The position numbers and the translations under genes were made by a program. Below are positions 30,101 through 39,604 of a DNA stretch of 64,000 nt, piece by piece (the stretch's first letter is position 1; each line of letters opens with the position of its first letter). Origin of the DNA: Pseudomonadota bacterium (GTDB lineage: Bacteria; Pseudomonadota; Alphaproteobacteria; CACIAM-22H2); the NCBI GenBank assembly GCA_052387815.1, contig JBQTIU010000022.1:15428-79427 (forward strand), given 5' to 3'. The notes under the pieces were generated by a model. The model searched no databases, was not told the DNA's origin, and worked only from the letters and a program-made list of their open reading frames with translations.

Positions 30101-30447
30101 GCACCATCGTCTTGTCGGCGAAGCGCGCCCGAGCGCCGCAGCCGTTCCAGTTGTCCGCTCGCCTGCAGCTCTTCCCACCGCCCGAGCGTGGCGATCACCC
30201 GTTGGCGGACCTGCCGCCCGGTGCGCACGCTCCCCACGATCGGCAAGTAGGCGCGCCCGCCGGAGTCCTCTTGCGGAAGTACAACGGTGCCTCCGTGTGG
30301 TGCGCACGGAATCACCGAACACAACGCCGAAATCAGCAAAAATAAAGCACCGACGTGGCACTATAAATTCAGCCCCTTCCACCCTCGCCTCTCAACCTAT
30401 CAAGGGGTTACGCCATGCCACCCGTCGGGAACCGATGAAGATGGGTG

Positions 30448-30840
30448 AGAGCGGATGACCTCCGCCTCGCGCACCCGCTCGTAGCGTGCATCCAAGATCA
30501 GATACGGATCGGGCTCGACCAGCCGCCGGCTGGCAAACGCCGCCAGGCCCGCGTCCAGGGTCTTGTTGATGGCGCTGATCGCGGAGGCTGAGAACTGGTG
30601 CCCGCAGAGTTCTTCCGTAATCGCCTTGATCTTGCGGCTCGACACGCCCTGGACGTACATCTCCGCCAACCTCCCGACCAGTGCCTTCTCCGAGCGCCGG
30701 TAGCGAGCGAACAGCGCGGTCGAAAATCGCCCTTCGCGATCCTGCGGCACCCGCAGCTCGAGCTTGCCCACCCGCGTGATCAGAGTCCGGCCGTAATAGC
30801 CGGCCCAGTCGCCAAGACGTCCCGCCGTTCGCCCGCCGGA
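30448..30840 (-). mobile_element. IS256-family transposase internal fragment (residues ~80-210 equivalent)
   Basis: Minus-strand ...DWAGYYGRTLITRVGKLELRVPQDREGRFSTALFARYRRSEKALVGRLAEMYVQGVSSRKIKAITEELCGHQFSASAISAINKTLDAGLAAFASRRLVEPDPYLILDARYERVREAEVIRS is near-consensus IS256 family. Both termini are missing: stop codon upstream, and divergence after VIRS. Confidence 0.75.
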
Positions 30841-30934
30841 TCAGGCAGAAATGGACCACGACGATGACCAGCACGATGGGCAGCAGCTGGGTGAGCCGCA
30901 GCACGACGTAGGCGCTCATCGAGCCGGGCTTCAT
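30841..30934 (-). pseudogene. N-terminal stub of an ABC (Dpp/Opp-type) permease truncated by the IS256 fragment
   Basis: MSAYVVLRLTQLLPIVLVIVVVHFCL resembles DppB/OppB N-termini (MLRYILRRLLQLIPTL...); there is no downstream body. Confidence 0.35.
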
Positions 30935-31100
30935 GAGCGCATCAATCGGCGGCTCGCCGGTTCACCGGCGCTCCCCGCCGGGCCGGGGCGGCGCCATCGC
31001 GGGCCTCCTTGCATCGTCGCGACCCGGGTTCACGCGGGGCAACCGCGGCTCGAAGATACGGCGACGGTACCGACTCCCGCCCGCCGAGTTCAAGCGACGG

Positions 31101-31868
31101 TCAAAGCAGGGCCTTGCGCAGGCCGCCGTCGATCTGCAGGGTCGTTCCAGTGACGTACGAACCCTTCGGCGAGGCGAGGAGCGCGGTCATCGCCGCGATG
31201 TCCTCGGGCCGGCCGATCCGCCCGACCGGAATATCGGCCGCGAGGTCCTTCATCGCCTTGCCCGACTGCTCGCTCACCTTGTGGAGCCGCGGGGTCTCGA
31301 TCAAGCCCGGGCAGATGGTGTTGATGGTGATGCCGAGCGGCCCCAATTCCAGGGATAGCGTCTTGGCGAGGCCGATGACGCCGGCCCAGGTCGCGACCGA
31401 CAGGCCGAAGCCGACGATCGGCTGCACCGCCGACAAGGCCGTGATGTTGACGATGCTGCCCCGGCCGCGCCGGCGCATGTGCGGCACCACCGCCCGGATC
31501 ATACGCAGCACGCTCAATAGGTTCTGCTCCACCGCCTTGCCCCAGGCGACGTCGTCGAAGGCGAGGCTGTCGCCGAGCGGCGGCGCCCCGTCGTTGTTGA
31601 CCAGGATGTCGACCCCGCCGAGCCGACGCACCGCCTCCTCGACGATGCGCGCGCAGTCCTCGGCCCGGCGGATGTCGCCCTGGACGGCGGCCACCCGGGC
31701 TCCGGTCTCGCGCGCCACTCGATCGGCCGCCTTGCCCAGCGCCGGCTCGCGGCGGGCGGTCATGCAGACCGCCGCACCCTCCGCGGCCAGGGTCCGCGCG
31801 ATGGCGAGGCCGATCCCTTGGCTCGCGCCGTTGACGATCGCGATCTTGCCGCCGAGTTCGAGGTCCAT
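31101..31868 (-). CDS. Short-chain dehydrogenase/reductase (SDR)
   Basis: GKIAIVNGASQGIGLAIA, NNDG, catalytic region, 255 aa. Confidence 0.85.
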   Translation of the reverse strand: MDLELGGKIAIVNGASQGIGLAIARTLAAEGAAVCMTARREPALGKAADRVARETGARVAAVQGDIRRAEDCARIVEEAVRRLGGVDILVNNDGAPPLGDSLAFDDVAWGKAVEQNLLSVLRMIRAVVPHMRRRGRGSIVNITALSAVQPIVGFGLSVATWAGVIGLAKTLSLELGPLGITINTICPGLIETPRLHKVSEQSGKAMKDLAADIPVGRIGRPEDIAAMTALLASPKGSYVTGTTLQIDGGLRKALL

Positions 31869-31870
31869 GG

Positions 31871-32728
31871 CTACCCCTTCAATGTGGCGAGGAACCGCTC
31901 CGCGTTCGAGCGGAACACCTTCTCCAGCACCGCGTCGGCGAAGCCGAGGCCCTGCCAGTCCCGCACCAGCCGCTCGTAGGTGAACAGCGGATAGTCGGCC
32001 CCGAACATCACGCGGTCCTGCAACCGGCGCGCGATCTCGTGCTTGAGGTCGTCGCTCAGGTAGCGCGGCGACCAGCCGTGGAGCTCGTACCAGACGTTCG
32101 GCTTGTGCAGCATCACCGCGATCATCTCGGTCTGCCAGGGCCAGGCCGGTCGCGCGGCGACGATCGTGAGCTTGGGATGACGCGCCGCCACGGCGTCGAG
32201 ATGGCGCGGGTGGCAGCTGTCGAGGGTGATCCCCGCGCCCCCCGGCAGGCCGGCGCCGAGGCCGGTGGTGCCGACGAAGATCAGCGCCGGCATCTTGGCC
32301 TCGATGCAGGTCTTGTAGAACGGGTCCCAGGCGGGATCGCTCGCCGGCACGCCGCCCGACCCCGACACGGCGAGGCCGACGAAGCCCGAGCCCGCCGCGA
32401 GGCAGCGCTTGAACTCGTCGAGCGCCGGCGTGCCGAGCTCCGGCTGGAAATGCACCCAGTTGCCGATGATCACGTCGGCATGGGCGCGCTGGGTGGCGAA
32501 GCCGTAGTCGTGGAGGTCGCGCGCCTGATCGACCGGCAGGAACTTCGTGAACCCGAAATCCAGGATCACGCGCAGCTCGGCCCGCCGGAAGTCCTCCGCC
32601 ATTTCTGCTTCGGTCGCGTATTGCGGTCGCGAGCGCCAGGTATGCTCCTGTCGTGCCAGCTCGTCCTCGGTCCTGAGCGGATAGCCCCGTTTCGTCTTCC
32701 AGTGCGAGTGCATGTCGATCAGCGGCAT
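31871..32728 (-). CDS. Amidohydrolase-2 (PF04909) family metal-dependent hydrolase/decarboxylase
   Basis: MPLIDMHSHW..., TIM-barrel amidohydrolase-2 signature residues, 285 aa. Confidence 0.75.
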   Translation of the reverse strand: MPLIDMHSHWKTKRGYPLRTEDELARQEHTWRSRPQYATEAEMAEDFRRAELRVILDFGFTKFLPVDQARDLHDYGFATQRAHADVIIGNWVHFQPELGTPALDEFKRCLAAGSGFVGLAVSGSGGVPASDPAWDPFYKTCIEAKMPALIFVGTTGLGAGLPGGAGITLDSCHPRHLDAVAARHPKLTIVAARPAWPWQTEMIAVMLHKPNVWYELHGWSPRYLSDDLKHEIARRLQDRVMFGADYPLFTYERLVRDWQGLGFADAVLEKVFRSNAERFLATLKG

Positions 32729-32757
32729 GAGGCGTTCCTTTCTCCGGTGGCGGCGTC

Positions 32758-33465
32758 TCAGGAGAGCCCGAGATAGGTCCGACGGATGTCCGCGCTCTCG
32801 CGCAGTTCGGCGCCGGTGCCTGCGACGACCACGCGCCCGGTCTCGAGCACGTAGACGCGGTTGGCGATCGCCAGCACCTGGTGCGCGTTCTGCTCGGCGA
32901 CGACGATGGTGACGCCCTCTTCGTTCAGCCGGCGGATGACGTGGAAAATGTCGCGCACGATCCGCGGCGCGAGCCCGAGGGACGGCTCGTCGAGAACGAG
33001 GAGGCGCGGCACGCTCATCAGCGCCCGGCCGATCGCCAGCATCTGCTGCTCGCCGCCGGAGAGCAGGCCGGCCGGCTGCCGGCGCCGCGCGGCGAGGATT
33101 GGAAAATAGGACTCGACCCGCTCGAGCGTGCGGCGGAATTCGCGGCGCGCGGCCGGCAGATAGGCTCCGACCTCCAGGTTCTCGGCCACGGTGAGGTCCG
33201 GGAACAGCAGGCGGCCTTGCGGAACCTGGACCATCCCGGCGGCTACGATCTGCTCGGGCGCCAGGCCCCGGATCGGTCGTCCCTCGAGCATGATCCGCCC
33301 GGCATGGACCGTGGTCAGGCCGGACAGGGTGCGCGCCAGCGTCGTCTTTCCGGCGCCGTTGGTTCCCAGGATGCCGACGATCGCGCCGCGCTCGACCGAC
33401 AGCGCGACGTCGCGCAGGACGTCAATACGCCCGTAGCCGGCAGAAAGGCCCGCGATCTCAAGCAT
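32758..33465 (-). CDS. livF: Branched-chain-amino-acid-type ABC transporter ATP-binding protein (LivF-like)
   Basis: GTNGAGKTTL, LSGGEQQMLAIGRAL, 235 aa. Confidence 0.85.
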   Translation of the reverse strand: MLEIAGLSAGYGRIDVLRDVALSVERGAIVGILGTNGAGKTTLARTLSGLTTVHAGRIMLEGRPIRGLAPEQIVAAGMVQVPQGRLLFPDLTVAENLEVGAYLPAARREFRRTLERVESYFPILAARRRQPAGLLSGGEQQMLAIGRALMSVPRLLVLDEPSLGLAPRIVRDIFHVIRRLNEEGVTIVVAEQNAHQVLAIANRVYVLETGRVVVAGTGAELRESADIRRTYLGLS

Positions 33466-34231
33466 GGGGCTCGCTCTCGCCGAGATAGGCCTCGATCACG
33501 CGCGGGTCCGCCTGGACCTCGACCGGCGTCCCTTCGGCGATTTTCTCCCCGTGGTCGAGGACCGTGATGCGGTCGGCGAGCGCCATGATGACGCGCATGT
33601 TGTGTTCGACCACGACCAGGGTGATGCCGTGCTCGCCGGCGAGCGCGCGGCAGGTGCTCACCAGGTCCTGCGCCTCTTGGGCGGCCATGCCGGACGCCGG
33701 CTCGTCGAGCATCAGCAGGCGCGGGTCGCCGAACAGGGCGCGGACCAGGTCGACCTTCTTCAGCACGCTGAAGGGCAGGTCGCCGGCGAGCGCGTCGCGG
33801 TAGGGCGTAAGACCGAACCGTTCGATCAGCGCCTCCGCCCCGCCGATCGCCGCGCGCTCCGTCCTCGCCATCGCCGGCGTGCCGATCAGGTTGTGCCAGA
33901 AGCCCGCATTGTGCCGTTCGTAGCTGGCGGTGAGCACGTTGGTCAGCACGGTCTGGTCGGGGAAGACCTCGGCGTGCTGGAAGGTGCGGCCGATGCCGAG
34001 CGCGGCGATGCGGTGGCCCGGAAGCGTCTGCATCTCGCGCCCGTCGAACCGGATCCGCCCGGCGCTCAGCGCGACGAGGCCCGAGGCCGCGTTGATCAAC
34101 GACGTCTTGCCGGCGCCGTTCGGACCGATCAGGCCGTGGATCTCGCCCTGCTCGATGGCGAACGAGACGTCCGACAGGGCAGCGAGACCGCCGAAGGTCA
34201 CCGACAGCCGCTCGACGGCGAAGTAGCTCAC
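33458..34231 (-). CDS. livG: Branched-chain-amino-acid-type ABC transporter ATP-binding protein (LivG-like)
   Basis: GPNGAGKTSL, C-terminal LivG extension. Proposed GTG start (complement 34231..34229) preceded by GGAGGG and overlapping the LivM stop (GTGA). Confidence 0.8.
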   Translation of the reverse strand: MSYFAVERLSVTFGGLAALSDVSFAIEQGEIHGLIGPNGAGKTSLINAASGLVALSAGRIRFDGREMQTLPGHRIAALGIGRTFQHAEVFPDQTVLTNVLTASYERHNAGFWHNLIGTPAMARTERAAIGGAEALIERFGLTPYRDALAGDLPFSVLKKVDLVRALFGDPRLLMLDEPASGMAAQEAQDLVSTCRALAGEHGITLVVVEHNMRVIMALADRITVLDHGEKIAEGTPVEVQADPRVIEAYLGESEPHA

Positions 34232-35205
34232 CGCGGCCCTCCGCTCGCCGCGCCGGCCGTGCCGCGCGCCAGGAGGCGCTTGAGCGCCGGCCACAGCCCG
34301 ATGAGCCCGCTCGGCATGACCATGAGCACCAGCAGCAGGAGGCCGCCGTAGACCAGCTCGTTGTATTCCTTGAACCCGCGCAGCAGCTCGGGCAGCACGG
34401 TGAGGACCGCGGCGCCGATCACCGATCCGGCGACCGAGCCGAGGCCGCCGACGACGATGAAGGTCACGTGCCGGATCGAGGTCCAGACGCCGAATTCCAG
34501 CGGATCGATGAAGCGCACCAGCGTCGCGAACATGGCGCCGGCGACGCCAGCATAGACCGCAGCCACCACGAAGGCGATCAACTTCACCCGGGTGACCGGG
34601 ATGGCCAGGGTCTCAGCCGTCGCTTCGCTCACCCGGATGCTGTTGAACGCTCGGCCGATCGGCGAGTTGAGCAGCCGCCAGGCGGCGTAGAGCGCCATGA
34701 AGGCGACCGCGAGAATCACGTAGTAGAGCGACAGGTCGCTGGCCAGGCGGACCCCGAATAGCGACGGGCGGGGCACCGCGAGGCCGCGCACGCCCCCGGT
34801 CACCGACGGCAGCGACTCGATGATGATCTGCATGATCTCGAGAAAGCCGAGGGTGACGACGGCGAGGTAGAAGCCCCTCAGGCGCAGCGCCGGCAGGCCG
34901 AGCACGACCCCGAACAGGCCGGAAACGGCGCCGGCCAGCGGCAGAGCCAGCCAGAAGGTGAGGCCGAGCTGGGTGAGGAGGAACGCGCTCGTATAGGCGC
35001 CGATCGCCATGAAGGACGAGTGGCAGAGCGAGATCTGGCCGGCGTTGCCGGTGAGCAGATTGAGGCCGATGGCCAGGACGACGTTGATCAGCGCCAGCGA
35101 CAGCAGGTAGTGGTGGTAGGAGCCGAGGAACCACGGGCCGACCAGGAGCAGCGCCACGAGCCCGGCCAGGCCCGCCCGTCGCAGCGAAGCTTCGTCGGGC
35201 CGCAT
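34228..35205 (-). CDS. livM: Liv-type ABC transporter permease (LivM-like)
   Basis: Polytopic membrane protein, 325 aa, LivM-like order in the operon. Confidence 0.85.
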   Translation of the reverse strand: MRPDEASLRRAGLAGLVALLLVGPWFLGSYHHYLLSLALINVVLAIGLNLLTGNAGQISLCHSSFMAIGAYTSAFLLTQLGLTFWLALPLAGAVSGLFGVVLGLPALRLRGFYLAVVTLGFLEIMQIIIESLPSVTGGVRGLAVPRPSLFGVRLASDLSLYYVILAVAFMALYAAWRLLNSPIGRAFNSIRVSEATAETLAIPVTRVKLIAFVVAAVYAGVAGAMFATLVRFIDPLEFGVWTSIRHVTFIVVGGLGSVAGSVIGAAVLTVLPELLRGFKEYNELVYGGLLLLVLMVMPSGLIGLWPALKRLLARGTAGAASGGPR

Positions 35206-35212
35206 GCCTGGC

Positions 35213-36091
35213 TCAGACCCGGCGCGCTTCGGCCTGGCCGAACAGGCCGTGCGGCCGCACCAGCAGGATGAGAAGCAGCAGGACGAAGGCGACCGTCTCC
35301 TTGAACAGGCCGCCGAAATAGGCGCCGCCGAAGACCTCGAGCACGCCGAGCAGCATGCCGCCGATGACCGCGCCGACCAGGCTGTGGAATCCGCCCAGGA
35401 TCGCCGCCACGAAGGCCTTGAGGATGACGCCGCCCATCTCGGCGTGGATACCGATGAGGGGCGCGACGAGAATCCCGGCGACGGCCGCGATCATCGTGCT
35501 GATGGCGAAGGTGATGGCAAACATCCGGTTGACCCTGATCCCCATGAGCTGAGCCGCCACCGGGTTCTGCGCCACGGCGCGCATCGCCTTGCCGACCAGG
35601 CTGCTGCGGAAGAACGCGGCCAGCGCGGCCATCAGCACCAGGGAGCAGCCGATCACCCACAGGTACTGCGGATTGATCCGCAGGCTGCCGACGGCGAGGG
35701 GCGCATCCCCGAACGGTGTGGCGATGGTCGACACTTGCTCCTGCCACGACAGACGCAGGACGTTCTTGATCATCAGCCCGACCGCCAGGGTCGCGATGAC
35801 GACGGTGAAGGCCGGCGCGCGGGCGAGCGGCCGGATCAGGCCGCGCTCGAGGGCGATCCCCACCCCGCCGGTGATCAGCAGCGTCAGGACGAACACCCAG
35901 GGGTAGGACAACTTGGCCAAGGTGCTGAGGAACAGCGCGATGTACGCGCCGAGCGTGACCAGCTCGCCCTGGGCGAAGTTGACCACCGAGGTACCCTTGA
36001 ACGCGAGCACCAGGCCCAGCGCGACGAGGGCGTAGATGCTGCCGGTGCTGAGGCCGGCAATCGCCAGCTGCAAGGCGACCTCAAGAGTCAT
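35213..36091 (-). CDS. livH: Liv-type ABC transporter permease (LivH-like)
   Basis: MTLEVALQLAIAGLSTGSIYALVALGLVLAFKGTSVVNFAQGE... canonical LivH N-terminus; start ATG complement 36091..36089 inside listed ORF 35213..36214. Confidence 0.85.
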   Translation of the reverse strand: MTLEVALQLAIAGLSTGSIYALVALGLVLAFKGTSVVNFAQGELVTLGAYIALFLSTLAKLSYPWVFVLTLLITGGVGIALERGLIRPLARAPAFTVVIATLAVGLMIKNVLRLSWQEQVSTIATPFGDAPLAVGSLRINPQYLWVIGCSLVLMAALAAFFRSSLVGKAMRAVAQNPVAAQLMGIRVNRMFAITFAISTMIAAVAGILVAPLIGIHAEMGGVILKAFVAAILGGFHSLVGAVIGGMLLGVLEVFGGAYFGGLFKETVAFVLLLLILLVRPHGLFGQAEARRV

Positions 36092-36170
36092 GACGAGGCC
36101 CCGGCCGGCGCGGGGCGGCGAGAGGCCCGGCGGCGGGCCGACCGGCCGCCGGACCCGCCGCCCAGTGCGT

Positions 36171-37391
36171 CTATTTCTTGTACTCGGCGAGGATCTCGCT
36201 GTCGCGCGCCGCATCCCACCGCACCGGGACCCAGTGCTGGTTGATCACCACCATCATCTGCATTCGCAGGTTGCCGATGTGATGCCAGTCGGTGAACGTG
36301 CGCGGCGTTGCGATCTCGCTCACCTTGTAGTCCTTGATCGTCTCCAGCGCCTTGACCAGGCCGTCGCGGGTGAGCCCCCGGCCCGCCCGGCGCAGTCCCT
36401 CGGCGACCACATGCATGTCGGAGTAGGAGAGGATGTCGAACAGGTTCGGCCGGCCCTTGATCTCGGTCGGATTGAGCTTCGACCAGGCCTCCTTGAACTT
36501 GAGCATGTCGGGATGCACCGAGTCGAGGAAGACGCCGGTCAACCATCCGCCCATGAACCCCTCGGCGGAATAGCCGGCGGCGGCGATCAAGGAGTTGTCG
36601 ACCATCGCGCCGCTGCCGAAGATTGGTTGGCGCAGCCCCAGCTCCCGCGCCTGGCGGAGGATGATCGACGCCTCGGTGACGTGCCCGAGGGTCATGATCA
36701 CCTCGGGGTTCGCTTCCTTGATCTTCAACAGCTGCGGCGTGAAATCCTTGTCGCCGACCTTGAACTCGGCGCGCAGCACGGGCTTCATGTTGTACCACTT
36801 GGCGAGCAGCCGCTCGGTCGCGTCGCCCTCGTTCTTCGGGAACTCGTCGCTGCCGCTCAGGATGGCGATCTTCTTCGCCTGCAGGAACTGGGTGATGAAC
36901 TCGGCGTAGAGCTCGCCGTAGCGCGCCGCCTCGGTCGTGCCGCCGCGGAAGAAATACTTGTTGAACGGCCGCGTCACCGGGGGCGCTGAGGCGAAGGAAA
37001 CGTAGTTCGGCACCTTGAGGTCGCGCAGATATTCGAGCGTGCCGACCGTCGGGTTGCTGCCCGAGACGCCGAAGATCATGAATGCCTTGTCCTGCTCGAC
37101 CAGCTTCTTGACCGCCGCCAGCGCCCTGGCCGGCGAGAAGCCGTCGTCCTCGAACTCCACCCTGATCTTCCGGCCATGGATGCCGCCCGCGTCGTTGATC
37201 TCCTTGACCGCGACCGCCAGGCCGTCGCGCCCGCCGAGGCCGATATAGGCGGCCGGCCCGGTGAGCGGGCCGTAGGCGCCCAAGACGATGGTGTCGCTGG
37301 TTACGCCGTCTTGCGCGCTCGCCGGCGATCCGGCGAGGGCAACCGCCGCGGCGAAGGCGGCGGCGATGATTCGATCGGTACTCTTGCGCAT
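36171..37391 (-). CDS. Liv-type (family 4/6) periplasmic substrate-binding protein
   Basis: Signal peptide MRKSTDRIIAAAFAAAVALAGSPASA, LivK/ligand-binding-receptor fold motifs, 406 aa. Confidence 0.85.
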   Translation of the reverse strand: MRKSTDRIIAAAFAAAVALAGSPASAQDGVTSDTIVLGAYGPLTGPAAYIGLGGRDGLAVAVKEINDAGGIHGRKIRVEFEDDGFSPARALAAVKKLVEQDKAFMIFGVSGSNPTVGTLEYLRDLKVPNYVSFASAPPVTRPFNKYFFRGGTTEAARYGELYAEFITQFLQAKKIAILSGSDEFPKNEGDATERLLAKWYNMKPVLRAEFKVGDKDFTPQLLKIKEANPEVIMTLGHVTEASIILRQARELGLRQPIFGSGAMVDNSLIAAAGYSAEGFMGGWLTGVFLDSVHPDMLKFKEAWSKLNPTEIKGRPNLFDILSYSDMHVVAEGLRRAGRGLTRDGLVKALETIKDYKVSEIATPRTFTDWHHIGNLRMQMMVVINQHWVPVRWDAARDSEILAEYKK

Positions 37392-37469
37392 GGGGTTCCT
37401 CCTCTCTCCTTGGGTCCTCGTTCGATGCGCCGCGGTCCGGAGCGGCGCCGACTTCGCTGTCCTCCCCGC

Positions 37470-39122
37470 CTAGCGGGCGTGCTTGCGGTCGGCCGCGCGG
37501 CGGCCGATGACGATGTCCCTGAGCGGTCCCTTCTGGATCTTGCCGGTCGGGGTCCGCGGCAGCTCGCTCATCAGCTCCAGGAATTCGGGCAGCTTGTAGG
37601 TCGCGATGCGCGGCCGCAGGAAGTCGTTGATCTCGTCGAAGGTGATCGTCTGCCCGGCCTTGGGCACGATGCAGGCGCAGGTGCGCTCGCCCAGCCGCGG
37701 ATCGGGCAGCCCGACCACGGCGGCGTCCATCACCTTGGGGTGCTGGTAGAGCACCTCCTCGATCTCCCGCGGATAGATATTGGCTCCGCCGCGGATGATC
37801 ATCTCCTTCTTGCGCCCCGCGATCCGTAGATAGCCCTTTTCGTCGAACACGCCGAGATCGCCGGTGCGGAACCAGCCGTCCTTGGTGAAGCTGCGCCGGT
37901 TGACGTCGGGATTGTTGTAATAGCCGATGGTGACTGAGGGTCCGTAGGTCAGGATTTCGCCGACCGTCCCCGGCGGGCACTCGACGCCGTTGTCGTCGAC
38001 CACCTTGTTCCGCATCGCGGGCAGCGAGCGTCCGACCAGCCCGCACACGGATTCCGGGTGCTCCGAGAGCCGCGTATGCGCCTGCGAGCCGCATTCGAGC
38101 ATGCCGTACATCTCCAGGAGATGGCCGGGGATCCGGGCACGAATCTCGCGGATCACCTCGATCGGACAGGACGCCCCGCCGGTCATCATCACCTGGAGCG
38201 AACGGAGATCGTACTTGCCGAAGTCGGGCGCGTGGAGCAGCGACACCAGGTGCGCCGGCGCACAGCAGAAATGCGTCACCTTCTCCTTCTGGATCAGCTC
38301 CAGCGCCCGCTCGGCCCTGAAGATGTCGAGGAGCACTACGGTGCACCCGGCGAAGATCGCCTGCAGCACGTTGAACAGGCCCCAGTTCAGGCCGACCGGC
38401 AGGAAGATCAGGAACACGCTGTTCGACGTGATCGCCTGGCCTTCGTTGAGGAAGCGGCCCGCGCAATTCGTGGTGTTGTGCAGGTGGAGCACGGCTTTGG
38501 GGTCGCCCGTCGTGCCCGAGGTGAAGGCGGCCCGCACCAGGTCGTTGCCGTGCGGCCGGCGGCGGCGCAGCTCCGCCTCCGGCACCGCGAGCGGTGCGTC
38601 GTGGTCGAGGAAGCCCCTCAGATCGAAGGCGTCCTCCGGCACGGCGTCGCCAACGAACATCACGTGCTTCAGCGCCGGCAGGCGCGGCCGCAGCTCGCGG
38701 ATCATCGCCGGGTAGTCGAACCGGCGGAACCCGCTCGGCGCGATCACCGCTGAGGCGCGCGTGAAGCCGAGGATGAACTCGACCTCGCGGGCGCGGAAAT
38801 CGCTGTGGTACTGGCAGAACGGCACCCCGGCCATCATCGCCGCGTTGATCGCAACCACGAACTCGCTCCAGTTCGGCAGCTGGATCGCGATCACGTCGTC
38901 GGCGGTCAGGCCGAGCTTGACGAAATGCGCCGCCAGACGCTGGGCGCGGCGGTGAAGCTCGGCATAGGTCAACCGGCAGCGGCCGTCGATCACCGCGATC
39001 TTGTCCGGGGTGCTCGCCGCGACGCGATCGAGTTCCTCGTTGCTGGTCGTCTGGACCCAGTACCCGGCGCGCTCGAACTCGCGCATGCGCTCGGGCGGGA
39101 TCTGGGGGTCGTCTATCCGCAC
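37470..39122 (-). CDS. AMP-dependent synthetase/ligase (acyl-/aryl-CoA ligase)
   Basis: TSGTTGDPKAV AMP-binding motif, YGMLECG, GWFRTGDLG, PRTPTGKIQK; 550 aa. Confidence 0.85.
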   Translation of the reverse strand: MRIDDPQIPPERMREFERAGYWVQTTSNEELDRVAASTPDKIAVIDGRCRLTYAELHRRAQRLAAHFVKLGLTADDVIAIQLPNWSEFVVAINAAMMAGVPFCQYHSDFRAREVEFILGFTRASAVIAPSGFRRFDYPAMIRELRPRLPALKHVMFVGDAVPEDAFDLRGFLDHDAPLAVPEAELRRRRPHGNDLVRAAFTSGTTGDPKAVLHLHNTTNCAGRFLNEGQAITSNSVFLIFLPVGLNWGLFNVLQAIFAGCTVVLLDIFRAERALELIQKEKVTHFCCAPAHLVSLLHAPDFGKYDLRSLQVMMTGGASCPIEVIREIRARIPGHLLEMYGMLECGSQAHTRLSEHPESVCGLVGRSLPAMRNKVVDDNGVECPPGTVGEILTYGPSVTIGYYNNPDVNRRSFTKDGWFRTGDLGVFDEKGYLRIAGRKKEMIIRGGANIYPREIEEVLYQHPKVMDAAVVGLPDPRLGERTCACIVPKAGQTITFDEINDFLRPRIATYKLPEFLELMSELPRTPTGKIQKGPLRDIVIGRRAADRKHAR

Positions 39123-39336
39123 TCGGTGTTCCCTCCCGCCGCGATCAGGTAGACCGCGCCGCGGCCGCGAACCCTCGCCTGGCGTCTGATCGGTCAGTTA
39201 GCATTCGCCGGTCTTTCCCGTCAAGGACGGGCGGTCGGCCGCTCCGCCCCGTGCGATCCGCACCCGCGTCGGTCCCGGCGCGCGAGCGATCGGACGGTCG
39301 CGGATCCCGGCGGCGCCGGGGGATGACCGTCGCCGC

Positions 39337-39600
39337 TCAGCGCACCACCAGATCGAGTGGCCGGGCCGAAAGCAGCGCGTTGCCGGATTCGGTCACCACC
39401 ACCGACGCGCCGGGATACATCGCGATGCCGGCGCTCGAATCCATCAGGATCATGTGCAGGAAGAAGACCATGTTGGGCGCGGCCACGATCGGGTTGCCGG
39501 CGTAGAGCGTCGGCCAGTCCATCCAGTTGGGCGCGAAGGTCGTGCCGAGCGAATAACCGCACGCATTCAGCCGATACTCGCGCATTCCCGCGCCGGCCGC
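39337..39600 (-). pseudogene. C-terminal fragment of an M24-family (creatinase/prolidase-type) peptidase
   Basis: Minus-strand ...MREYRLNACGYSLGTTFAPNWMDWPTLYAGNPIVAAPNMVFFLHMILMDSSAGIAMYPGASVVVTESGNALLSARPLDLVVR* resembles the M24 C-terminus (GMVFTIEPG...G.RIED.V.VTE.G.E.L). Upstream it runs straight into the antisense of the thioesterase fragment, so the N-terminal ~300 aa are absent. Confidence 0.55.
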
Positions 39601-39604
39601 GACG

